DNA of 64,000 nt, taken from assembly GCA_963850305.1 (NCBI GenBank), contig CAWKKR010000008.1, positions 864,001 through 928,000 of the forward strand. The letters run 5' to 3'. The translations under genes and the position numbers were made by a program. Positions 1 through 8,390 of the stretch are shown here, piece by piece. This DNA comes from an uncultured delta proteobacterium. Its GTDB lineage: Bacteria; Myxococcota_A; Polyangia; Polyangiales; Polyangiaceae. The first letter of the stretch is position 1. Every line of letters starts with the position of its first letter. The notes under the pieces are model-generated. The model was not told where the DNA came from. It did no database searches and saw nothing but the letters and a program-made list of their open reading frames with translations.

Positions 1-190
1 CCGACTCGACGCGGGCAGCCTCGCAGAGCGGCTGCAGTGACGGCTTCACGCGCACCCCCATCAAGCACGTCGTCGTGATCGCGACCGCAGCGGCTCCCGC
101 GGGCTCGGCTGCGGACGCCAATGCTCGCGACGGCGAGACGCTCGACGCCGGCGAATCGCGACGCGTGCAGGGCGGGCCTTGCCCCGCGGC

Positions 191-787
191 TCCGCGACCG
201 CTCCCCCGCCGCCTTCGGCGCGCTCGTGTTCGCAAGGGGGTCTTGACCCCCGCGGCTTGCTTCGCAACCGCTCCCCCGCCGCCTTCGGCGCGCTCGTGCT
301 CGCAAGGGGGTCTTGACCCCCGCGGCTCGCTTCGCGACCGCTCCCCCGCCGCCTTCGGCGCGCTCGTGTTCGCAAGGGGGTCTTGACCCCCGCGGCTCGC
401 TTCGCGACCGCTCCCCCGCCGCCTTCGGCGCGCTCGTGTTCGCAAGGGGGTCTTGACCCCCGCGGCTCGCTTCGCGACCGCTCCCCCGCCGCCTTCGGCG
501 GGCTCGTGTTCGCAAGGGGGTCTTGACCCCCGCGGCTCGCTTCGCGACCGCTCCCCCGCCGCCTTCGGCGCGCTCGTGTTCGCAAGGGGGTCTTGACCCC
601 CGCGGCTTGCTTCGCAACCGCTCCCCCGCCGCCTTCGGCGCGCTCGTGTTCGCAAGGGGGTCTTGACCCCCGCGGCTTGCTTCGCAACCGCTCCCCCGCC
701 GCCTTCGGCGGGCTCGTGTTCGCAAGGGGGTCTTGACCCCCGCGGCTTGCTTCGCAACCGCTCCCCCGCCGCCTTCGGCGGGCTCGC
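191..787. repeat. 70-bp tandem array (8 full units + partial ends) of a REP-like multi-hairpin element
   Basis: Unit ctcccccgccgccttcggcgcgctcgtgttcgcaagggggtcttgacccccgcggctYgcttcgcRaccg starts at 201, 271, 341, 411, 481, 551, 621, 691, with a partial unit at 761. Hairpins: gggggtc-tt-gaccccc, cgcc-ttc-ggcg, gcggctYgc-ttc-gcRaccgc. No unique spacers. Confidence 0.95.
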
Positions 788-2097
788 TATGCTCGCGTAG
801 TGCCGCGGCTCTTTGATCCCTCGGGGACGACGCTGCTCGTCGATGCGGAACTACTAGGAAGCTCTACGCCGCATGAGGTTTGATCTCCGACTTCGCAGCC
901 GAGGTCGGTCAAGCGGCGGACGAGGCGTTTGATGGTCTTGCTCTGGTCGCGGCGGTCGAAGTGATGGGGTCCGAGGTCGCGGTAGGGAGTGCCGTCGCGG
1001 AGCATGTAGAAGGCGGCGGTGAGCATCGATGCGGCGACGGCCAAGATCGCCTTCTTTGCTCCACGGCGGGACTTGAGCCGGAGAAACTGGGCTCGAAGGT
1101 AGCTTTCCTTCGTGCGCACCGCGGCCCAGGCGGATGTGACGAGCGTCGTCTTGAGCCAGTTGGCGCTCTTGCGGACGCGCGTCGAGCGACGCTTGCCGGC
1201 GCTCTCGTCGTTGCGGGGGCAGAGGCCGGCCCAGGACACGAGGTGTCCCGCAGACGGGAAGCGCGACATGTCGACGCCGATCTCCGCCACGATCACGTTC
1301 GCGACGATGTCACTCACTCCCGGCATCGTCGTCAGGATCTCGGCGTGCGCCCGGATCGGCTCCAGCGCTTTTCCCGCAGCTGCATCGATCTCGGCCAGGG
1401 CCCCTTCGAGCGAGCCGATGACGCCGAGATGCAGCTTCAGCATGGCTCGGTGATGAGGGGTAACCCGCCCGCGCAGCGCTTCGATCAAGTCGGCCCTCTT
1501 CTTGCGCGCGGTACCGACCGCGAGATCGGCAAGGCGCTCGGGGTCATCTTCTCCGGCGATGAGAGCGGCGAGCATCGCCCGGCCGCTGGTCCCGAGCACG
1601 CTGGACAGGACGCTCGCGACCTTGATGTTCGAGTCCTCGAGCGTTTTCTGTATGCGCAGCGTGTGCTGGGCGATTTCTCGCACGAGCTGCGCGCGCGTTC
1701 GAGTGAGATCGCGCAGCTCCTGGATTCGCGCAGGAGGCACGAAACTGCTGCGGATCAGCCCGTGCGCGAGCAGATCGGCGATCCACGTCGCGTCGTTCAC
1801 GTCGGTCTTGCGCCCTGGCACGTTGCGAATGTGCTGGGCGTTCGCGAGCACGAGTTCGAAGCTCCCTTCGAGCATGTGCCAGACCGGCTTCCAGTACACG
1901 CCGGTGGCCTCCATCGCCACGTGGGTCACGCCGTGCTCCTCGAGCCATTCCGCCAGCTCGAAGAGGCTACGTGTGGTCGTGCCGAACGTTCGGACCTCGC
2001 GCCGCGTTGGTTCGCTGACGCAGCGCACGCAGGCAACGACGCTATCCTTGTGGACGTCGAGGCCCGCGCAACGGGGATACATGACTTCCATGACCAT
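787..2097 (-). CDS. IS110-family (DEDD) transposase/recombinase; probable +1 frameshift near 889, with the true C-terminus EIKPHAA* ending at 864
   Basis: GLDVHK, VAMEATGVYW, GRKTDVNDA (DEDD RuvC-like); SWAGLCPRNDESAG catalytic-Ser region; GGAGG RBS before ATG 2097. Confidence 0.95.
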   Translation of the reverse strand: MVMEVMYPRCAGLDVHKDSVVACVRCVSEPTRREVRTFGTTTRSLFELAEWLEEHGVTHVAMEATGVYWKPVWHMLEGSFELVLANAQHIRNVPGRKTDVNDATWIADLLAHGLIRSSFVPPARIQELRDLTRTRAQLVREIAQHTLRIQKTLEDSNIKVASVLSSVLGTSGRAMLAALIAGEDDPERLADLAVGTARKKRADLIEALRGRVTPHHRAMLKLHLGVIGSLEGALAEIDAAAGKALEPIRAHAEILTTMPGVSDIVANVIVAEIGVDMSRFPSAGHLVSWAGLCPRNDESAGKRRSTRVRKSANWLKTTLVTSAWAAVRTKESYLRAQFLRLKSRRGAKKAILAVAASMLTAAFYMLRDGTPYRDLGPHHFDRRDQSKTIKRLVRRLTDLGCEVGDQTSCGVELPSSSASTSSVVPEGSKSRGTTRA

Positions 2098-2350
2098 CTC
2101 CTCCTTTCGGCGCGTCGAGAGGAGCCCTCGTCATCGAAGTCTACTAGGCGTGCTCCCGGATCTTTCGACCCGCGGTCACAATTCGGGGTGCTCGCAGGGC
2201 TCCGGGTCCATCTACTGAACGGGTTCTTGGCACCAAGTCACGGCCGACCTCCTTCCCGACGCCGCGGCAGGATACACTCGACTCCACCGTCCACGCGACG
2301 ACCCGAGCTTCATGCTTCGGGGAAGGCGCTCTCGCCGATGGGCATCTACT
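851..2350 (-). mobile_element. IS110-family insertion sequence
   Basis: DEDD transposase plus ~250-bp structured upstream non-coding end; no terminal inverted repeats seen. CTACTA core at both inferred junctions (851-856, 2346-2351). Exact ends uncertain by a few bp. Confidence 0.8.
2105..2270 (-). ncRNA. Putative IS110 bridge RNA
   Basis: Minus-strand stems: ggagccct/agggctcc, ggtc/gacc with internal cttgg-tg-ccaag, and long-range ggcgtcgggaaggag/ctcctctcgacgcgcc. Loop segments TCAGTAG and CCTAGTAG match the left flank and right end of the element. Boundaries approximate. Confidence 0.65.
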
Positions 2351-2451
2351 ACTGACGCGGAACTGCTCCTCGCATCGGCGCGAGCGCGGGTGGCCTGAAT
2401 CTAAACCGGACCTTTACGAGCGTCCGGTCCGGATGCCATCGTTGGCGCGCT

Positions 2452-3358
2452 TTGTTCAAGAAGATCCTGCTCGGTATGGGCGCGCTGCTCTCGTTGCTCG
2501 TCGCGGGGGGCGGCGTATTCGTCTACGCCGAGACCTCGGCGTTCGATGCGAGCATGAGTCACGTCTACGACGTGCCGGTGCCGTCGATCTCCGCACTCGG
2601 TCGATCCCGCCGTGCTGGCCCGCGGCCAGCACCTGGTACGCGCCACCGCGGGTTGCGCGGACCACGACTGTCACGGTCCGGACCTCGGCGGCGGCCAGAG
2701 GCTCGACATGGGTCCCATCGGCACGCTCAGCGGGCCCAACATTTCGGAAGGAGGACTCGGCGCGGCCTACACCGACGGCGAGCTCGCGCGCCTCATCCGT
2801 CATGGCATCAAGAAAGACGGCACGTCGCTTCGCTTCATGCCCGCCGAGGAGTTCGACTGGCTACCGGACTCCGACATCCTGGCCGTCGTTTCGTACCTCC
2901 GCTCGGTGCCGCCGGCAGATCATCCCAACGGAACGATCCACCTCGGTGTTCTCGGAAAGGTGCTGGACCGTCTCGACAAGCTTCCGCTGGACGTCGCCCG
3001 GCGCATCGCGGCCGGGCCTCCCGAACTCGCGCCGCCTCCGACGCCCACCGCCGAGTACGGCAAGTTTCTCGCGCGCCTGTGCTCGGGCTGCCACGGCGAG
3101 GGCCTGAGCGGCGGGAAGATCCCGGGCGCGCCGTCGACCATGCCGATTCCGTTGAACCTCACTCCGGATCCGACGGGGCTCGCGGGCTGGACCTATCAGG
3201 ACTTCGATCGCCTACTCACCACCGGCATCCGGAAAAACGGCAAGCAGCTCAACCCATTCATGCCCATCGAGGCCTTCGGCAAGCTCGACGACATCGAGAA
3301 ACACGCCCTCTTCGCTTACCTCCAGACCCTCCCGCCACGGCGGTTCGGGGGCCGCTGA
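2452..3358 (+). CDS. Membrane-anchored di-heme cytochrome c (+1 frameshift near 2592 joins ORF 2452 N-terminus to ORF 2612)
   Basis: N-terminal hydrophobic anchor MFKKILLGMGALLSLLVAGGGVFVY; heme motifs CADHDCH and CSGCH; NI(S/T)/NLTP and MP axial-Met motifs in both halves. Confidence 0.85.
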
Positions 3359-3365
3359 GACGCGA

Positions 3366-3680
3366 ATGAAAGACCCTCGCGACGCCTCGCGACGCGAACT
3401 GCTCCGGTCGACGCTGCTCGGGCTCGGCACGATCGCGGGCCTCGCTGCTTGCAAGAAGCCTCGCGCCGTCGTGTGCGTGAACGGCGGGCTCACCCCGGCG
3501 GACCTCGCAGCGCGCCACAAGCTTGCATACACCGACACGTCGAGCGACCCGATCAAGACCTGCACCACGTGCCAGCAGTTCGTTCCACCAGCGTCGGACG
3601 ATCGATGCGGCCGTTGTAAGGTCCTGAAGGGCGAGATCCACCCGCTCGGGTATTGCAAAGGGTACACGCCGAGGGCGTGA
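3366..3680 (+). CDS. Tat-exported lipoprotein, high-potential iron-sulfur protein (HiPIP)-like
   Basis: SRRELL twin-arginine motif, LAAC lipobox, CTTCQQF...C..C.VLKGEIHPLGYC cysteine pattern. Confidence 0.8.
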   Translation: MKDPRDASRRELLRSTLLGLGTIAGLAACKKPRAVVCVNGGLTPADLAARHKLAYTDTSSDPIKTCTTCQQFVPPASDDRCGRCKVLKGEIHPLGYCKGYTPRA

Positions 3681-3754
3681 GGGTGCGTGCTAGCATGCGC
3701 GCGTTTTGAGCGGCGGGTCCCGTCGCGCGCAGCAAAGAGAGTCGCGAGGAGAAC

Positions 3755-4171
3755 ATGAGCCTACTCACGGAATTCAAAGAGTTTGCCATGAAGGGCAATG
3801 TCGTCGATCTCGCCGTGGGCGTGATCATCGGCGCGGCCTTCGGAAAGATCGTCTCGTCCCTGGTGGGGGACATCATCATGCCGGTCATCGGCATCGTCGT
3901 GGGAGGCGTCAACTTCAACAGCCTGGCCATCACGCTGAAGGAGGCGAAAGATGGGGCTCCAGCGGACATCCTGCACTACGGCGCGTTCCTTCAGAACTGC
4001 TTCGACTTTCTGATCGTCGCTTCGTCCGTCTTCATCATGGTCAAGGCGTTGAACAGCATGAAACGAAAGCACGACGCGCCGGCGTCTGTCCCAGCCAAAC
4101 CCGCCCCAACGCCCAGCGAAGAGCTTCTGGGCGAGATCCGCGATCTTCTCAAGGCCGCTCCGCACGCCTGA
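3755..4171 (+). CDS. mscL: Large-conductance mechanosensitive channel
   Basis: [48 protein letters not shown]-terminus; GAGGAG RBS. Confidence 0.97.
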   Translation: MSLLTEFKEFAMKGNVVDLAVGVIIGAAFGKIVSSLVGDIIMPVIGIVVGGVNFNSLAITLKEAKDGAPADILHYGAFLQNCFDFLIVASSVFIMVKALNSMKRKHDAPASVPAKPAPTPSEELLGEIRDLLKAAPHA

Positions 4172-4257
4172 ACGGCGAGTCGTACCCGCCCTCGCGCGGC
4201 AGCCCGGCGCTTTCGTGTTGCTGGTTGGGTCGCCTTGCGCTACCGAACTCTTGGACA

Positions 4258-4315
4258 GGCGGTGGAGTCCGCCTCGAAACGCCGCCGGCAGTCCGGCGAC
4301 CAATGACTCCTACGG
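4258..4315 (+). promoter_or_regulatory. Fluoride riboswitch (crcB motif)
   Basis: ggcggtggagtccgcc...aaac...aatgactcctac fits the GGCGAUGGAGUUCGCC...AAUGACUCCUAC consensus (ggag/ctcc pseudoknot); directly upstream of crcB. Confidence 0.9.
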
Positions 4316-4373
4316 CTGAACGGACGCCGTAGGACCCCCCGAGGAGTTCCCGGCGCTGCAAGGAGAGCACGGG

Positions 4374-4757
4374 ATGGATCGTTTTTTGTGGATCTGCTTG
4401 GGCGGTGGCCTGGGAACAGGCACCCGGTACCTCGTTGGGCTGTGGGCGGGACGGACGCTCGGAACCGCATTTCCTTACGGCACGTTGATGGTCAACGTCG
4501 CGGGATGCTTCTTGATCGCCGCCATCATGCAAGCGTCGATGACGACCGAGTTCGTGCCCCCGACGCTGCGGCTGACGCTGACCACGGGGTTCATGGGCGG
4601 CCTGACCACCTATTCGAGCTTCAACTACGAGACCACGCGCTTCCTGCAGGAACGCGCGTGGGGAACCGGTTTGCTCAATTACGCCGTGACGACCGCCGCG
4701 TGCTTCGCGGCCGGGCTGCTCGGGCTGGCACTGGCTCGCCGACTCCTCGGCGGGTGA
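4374..4757 (+). CDS. crcB: Fluoride efflux channel Fluc/CrcB
   Basis: GGGLGTGTRY, FPYGTLMVNVAGCF, TTGFMGGLTTYSSF. Confidence 0.95.
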   Translation: MDRFLWICLGGGLGTGTRYLVGLWAGRTLGTAFPYGTLMVNVAGCFLIAAIMQASMTTEFVPPTLRLTLTTGFMGGLTTYSSFNYETTRFLQERAWGTGLLNYAVTTAACFAAGLLGLALARRLLGG

Positions 4758-4775
4758 CGGAAGATAGGAGACATC

Positions 4776-5129
4776 ATGCGAGTTCTCGATGGTGAACGCA
4801 CGCTCGTGCGCATCTTCATAGGCGACGCGGACAAGTGGCACCACTCGCCGCTCGATCGCGCCCTCCTCGAACGGCTCCGGCGCGAAGGCTTCGCCGGAGC
4901 CACCGTTATCCACGGCGTCGCGGGATTCGGTGCACGAAGCATCGTTCATACGGCGCACCTCATCGATCTTTCGGGAGATCTTCCCGTCCTGATCGAAGTC
5001 GTGGAAGACGATGAGCACATCCAGAAGCTGATGCCGATCCTCGACGAAATGCTGCCCGGAGGCGCGCTCGTCACGATGGAGAAAGTCCGGGTGCTCAGGT
5101 ACGGACCGACCGTCGAATCGCCCAGCTGA
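4776..5129 (+). CDS. DUF190 (PII-like) protein
   Basis: RIFIGDADKW...GFAGATVIHGVAGFG...DLSGDLPVLIEVVE; usual crcB neighbour. Confidence 0.9.
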   Translation: MRVLDGERTLVRIFIGDADKWHHSPLDRALLERLRREGFAGATVIHGVAGFGARSIVHTAHLIDLSGDLPVLIEVVEDDEHIQKLMPILDEMLPGGALVTMEKVRVLRYGPTVESPS

Positions 5130-5240
5130 CGTGAGCGCGCCGGGCGCACGGCGATTGCCGACGGCGTTCCCGGCACCGTGCTACACGTCGGCCAAGTTCG
5201 CGGCCCTCCGAAGGCCTGCACACAAAGCGAGGGAAGTCCC

Positions 5241-6077
5241 ATGCTCAGCGCGAAAGACCTGGTCATCGAAGGCGTTCGCTGCGCCGTTCACGATACCGAC
5301 CCGAACGGGAACCCCGAAGCCGTCGTGTTCGTCCACGGCAATCCCGGGCCCATGGACGACTGGGACGTCCTCGCGCCCGCAGTCGCCAAATTCGCCCGCG
5401 TCGTCGCCATGGATCTGCCCGGCTACGGCCGCGCCGATCATCCGCGAAAGTTCGACTTCACCGTCTCCGGTTACGCGCGCTACCTCGGCGCGATCCTCGA
5501 GCGACAGGGCGTTCGCCGCGCGCACCTCGTGCTCCACGACTTCGGCGGCGCGTTCGGCCTCGCGTGGGCCATCGAGCACCCCGACGCATTCGCGAGCGTC
5601 ACGCTCATCAACACCGGCATCCTCGAAGGCTACAGGTGGCACAAGTTCGCGCGCGTCTGGCAGACCCCCGTTCTCGGCGAGCTCTTTCAGATGGTTGGCA
5701 ATCGCAAGCTCTTCAAGCTCGCGCTCGATCGCGACAACCCGAAACCCATGCCCGACGAATTCGTCGATCGCGTCCTCGAGTACGCCGATTGGAATCACAA
5801 GCTCGCCGTGCTCGCTCTCTACCGCGCCTCGCGCAACCCCGATGCCGCCTTCGGTGCCTTCGCGGCGCGCGCCCGCGGTCTCGATCGCCCCGCGTGCGTC
5901 ATCTGGGGCGCCGAAGACCCGTACCTCCCCGTGGAGTTCGCCAAGAAACAGAAGTCCGTGTTCCCCCAGGCGGAGATCCACATACTCCCCGGCCTCGGCC
6001 ACTGGCCGTTCATCGACGACCCCGAACTGGTTTCAGGGTTGGTCGTTGCATATTTGAAACGGCAGATCCACGCCTAG
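5241..6077 (+). CDS. Alpha/beta hydrolase, haloalkane dehalogenase/epoxide hydrolase-like
   Basis: HGNP, DLPGYG, nucleophile elbow HDFGG (Asp), IWGAED, catalytic GHW. Confidence 0.85.
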   Translation: MLSAKDLVIEGVRCAVHDTDPNGNPEAVVFVHGNPGPMDDWDVLAPAVAKFARVVAMDLPGYGRADHPRKFDFTVSGYARYLGAILERQGVRRAHLVLHDFGGAFGLAWAIEHPDAFASVTLINTGILEGYRWHKFARVWQTPVLGELFQMVGNRKLFKLALDRDNPKPMPDEFVDRVLEYADWNHKLAVLALYRASRNPDAAFGAFAARARGLDRPACVIWGAEDPYLPVEFAKKQKSVFPQAEIHILPGLGHWPFIDDPELVSGLVVAYLKRQIHA

Positions 6078-6112
6078 CGGCTCGTTGACGGCGCCGGAGG
6101 GGCGGAGGCGCC

Positions 6113-7393
6113 TCATGCCGCGTGATGCGCTTCTCGCCCGCCCGGCGAGTGCCTATCCCCGTCGGGGCCGAACGGACCGGCGCCGAGAGGCCCCTGCCGG
6201 AAGGTGTCCCGCGACGTTCTGGCACCCGGTTTCCATGCGAGCTCGAGCCAGCGAGCCACGTCACGGCGACGCAGCATTCCCACTAGCCTGCCGTTCGTGA
6301 CCACGGGCAACTGGTCGACGTTGCGTTGAGCGAGGCGCTCGAACGCCTTTGCCAGGGGCTCCTCCGGTGTCGCAACCGACAGCACGTCGACGGCGCGCAT
6401 GATCGAGCGAACTGGCGTGCGTTCCCATTGATCCGCAGGCACGCCCCGAACATCCTCGATGGCCACGAGGCCGAGCAGTCGCCCGTCCTCGACCACGGGG
6501 AGCGCGCGATCGTCTCCGGGGATCAGGTGCTCGTGGACGAGCAGGGCTACGGAGAGTTCCGGGGCCGCAATGGGACCGTCGCGATGCATGAGTTGCTCGA
6601 CCGTCATGCCGGCGAGCGCTTCATCCAGGGCGAGGCGCGTCGATGCCTGCGTGGCCGCACCGTGCAGGAACCAGCCAATGAAGGCGATCCAGATCCCGCC
6701 TACGAGCCCGGTGCCGAAGAACGGAATGCGCGTGCCAAAGGTCATCGCGATGCCGCACCCGATGAGAAACCAACCGACGCCCTGACCCGTCGCGGAAGCC
6801 CAGCGCGTCGCCTTGTGGAGATCTCCCGTGATGCTCCAGAGGATGGCCCGAAGAACGCGTCCCCCATCGAGTGGAAATCCCGGGACCATATTGAACAGCC
6901 CGATCAAGACGTTGATGGGGCCGAGCCAGACGAGCAGCGTGGTCAGCGGCCCGAGCTGGGCGAAGGCCTTCCAGTTGTCCTCGGGGACCATGATTGGAAC
7001 CGTCGTCACGAGAGACGCCAGGACCAGGAAGGCAATTCCCAGCGCGATGCTCGTGAGCGGCCCGACGATCGCCATGAGGAACTCGACTTTTGCCGACGGC
7101 GGTTCCTGCTCGATGTTCGAGACGCCTCCGAACAGAAATAGCGTGATGCTCCGGACTCGGATTCCGTAGTTCACCGCCACGGTGGAGTGCGCCAGCTCAT
7201 GGAGGAGCACGCAGCCGAAGAAGATGAGAGAAGCACTCGCGGCGACCACGAACGCCCCGAGCGGGGACCATTGCGGATGCCAGTGCGAGAAGACGGCCAC
7301 CAGGTTCCACGTGAGAAGTACGAAAATGAAGACCCAGCTCCAGTCGACCCGGACGTCGATCCCGAAAAGCCGTCCAAGACGAAAACCACGCAT
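6113..7393 (-). CDS. Site-2 protease (peptidase M50) with C-terminal CBS pair
   Basis: HELAH zinc motif, NMVPGFPLDGG, CBS motifs LPVVEDGRLLG / LPVVTNGRLVG. Confidence 0.93.
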   Translation of the reverse strand: MRGFRLGRLFGIDVRVDWSWVFIFVLLTWNLVAVFSHWHPQWSPLGAFVVAASASLIFFGCVLLHELAHSTVAVNYGIRVRSITLFLFGGVSNIEQEPPSAKVEFLMAIVGPLTSIALGIAFLVLASLVTTVPIMVPEDNWKAFAQLGPLTTLLVWLGPINVLIGLFNMVPGFPLDGGRVLRAILWSITGDLHKATRWASATGQGVGWFLIGCGIAMTFGTRIPFFGTGLVGGIWIAFIGWFLHGAATQASTRLALDEALAGMTVEQLMHRDGPIAAPELSVALLVHEHLIPGDDRALPVVEDGRLLGLVAIEDVRGVPADQWERTPVRSIMRAVDVLSVATPEEPLAKAFERLAQRNVDQLPVVTNGRLVGMLRRRDVARWLELAWKPGARTSRDTFRQGPLGAGPFGPDGDRHSPGGREAHHAA

Positions 7394-7459
7394 GATGATT
7401 GCCTCCGAAACGGGGAAAGTGAGTGCCGCGAAGCCGGGCGCCCCAAGCCCTCCAAACAG

Positions 7460-7475
7460 AGCAATTGCCGTACCG
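7460..7475 (-). promoter_or_regulatory. sigma54 (-24/-12) promoter
   Basis: Minus strand CGGTACGGCAATTGCT (GG-N10-GC) upstream of the S2P gene. Confidence 0.6.
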
Positions 7476-7625
7476 CATTTGCTTCCGGCGAGCGCGCGAG
7501 AGTGCCGGGACTCTGGCAGGACATGCGCAAAGCGTGCGGCGCCGGGCAAGAGGTGCGCTGACATAGAGCGGGCTGGAACCTCGCCTGTCGGGCCGAGGAC
7601 GCACGGAGGGGCACCTGGCGCTCCC

Positions 7626-8390
7626 TCAGCGTGCGAATGGGAGCGAGACGAGGAACGTCGAGGCGCTCACGAGGACGATCAGGGGGCCCGCCGGGAGACT
7701 GCCGAGACGAGACAGGGCAATTCCGACCAACGACGACGAGGCGCCGATGGCCATCGAACCGAGGGCGTACTGTCTCAGATTCTTGCTGACGTTTCGGGCC
7801 GCGGAAGGCGGGATCGCCACGAGAGCCGCGGTGAGGAGCCCCCCCACCATCCGGACTCCCAGCGCGACGATGACCGAGATCGCGAAGAGGTAAAAAAAAT
7901 TATACCGCTTCACGTCGATGCTTTCCGACGCGGCGAGATCCTCCGAGACGTTGATCAGGACCAGCTTCGGGTAGGCCCGGTTCACCCAAAAGACGAGCCC
8001 GAGAGACGCGATCACCGCGCCCACGGTGTCCCCGACGCGAGCCTTGGAAATGTCGCCGACGAGAGCCGCCTCCGCTCGATCGAGAGGCAGAAACAAGAAT
8101 GCAATCGCCACCCCGGTGGCAAAGACGATCGCCGTCAGGGCCTCCATCGGCAGCTTCGTGCGCATCTCGAGGATCCAGATCAGCAGGACGCCGAGCACGA
8201 CGAAGGGGAAGGCGCCCAGGGAAACGTCGAAGCCGAACATCAGGGCGAGAGCAACACCCGGCAACGTCAAGTGTCCCAATGGGCCGGCCACGAGCGCCAT
8301 CCTCCGGCCGAGCATCAACGACCCGAGATACCCAGCGGCGCCCCCGATGAAGATCCCGGCGACGAGGCCGGGGAGGAGCGACTCATCCAT
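7626..8390 (-). CDS. Zn/Mn-type metal ABC transporter permease (ZnuB-like)
   Basis: RRMALVAGPLGHLTLPGVAL, VRMVGGLLTAALVAIPPSAAR; highly hydrophobic. Confidence 0.88.
   Translation of the reverse strand: MDESLLPGLVAGIFIGGAAGYLGSLMLGRRMALVAGPLGHLTLPGVALALMFGFDVSLGAFPFVVLGVLLIWILEMRTKLPMEALTAIVFATGVAIAFLFLPLDRAEAALVGDISKARVGDTVGAVIASLGLVFWVNRAYPKLVLINVSEDLAASESIDVKRYNFFYLFAISVIVALGVRMVGGLLTAALVAIPPSAARNVSKNLRQYALGSMAIGASSSLVGIALSRLGSLPAGPLIVLVSASTFLVSLPFAR

Noticed and set aside
61..687. ORFs 61..687(-) and 75..386(+) as proteins
   Set aside because: They are translations of a 70-bp repeat (not a multiple of 3) cycling through frames.
191..787. CRISPR array
   Set aside because: Units are contiguous near-identical 70-mers with no unique spacers, and no cas genes are in the window.
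880..2355. 491-aa + strand ORF
   Set aside because: Antisense shadow of the IS110 transposase, typical of high-GC DNA.
5241..6077. Firm call as fluoroacetate dehalogenase
   Set aside because: Lacks the HDRG/Arg-Arg signature; kept only as a hypothesis.
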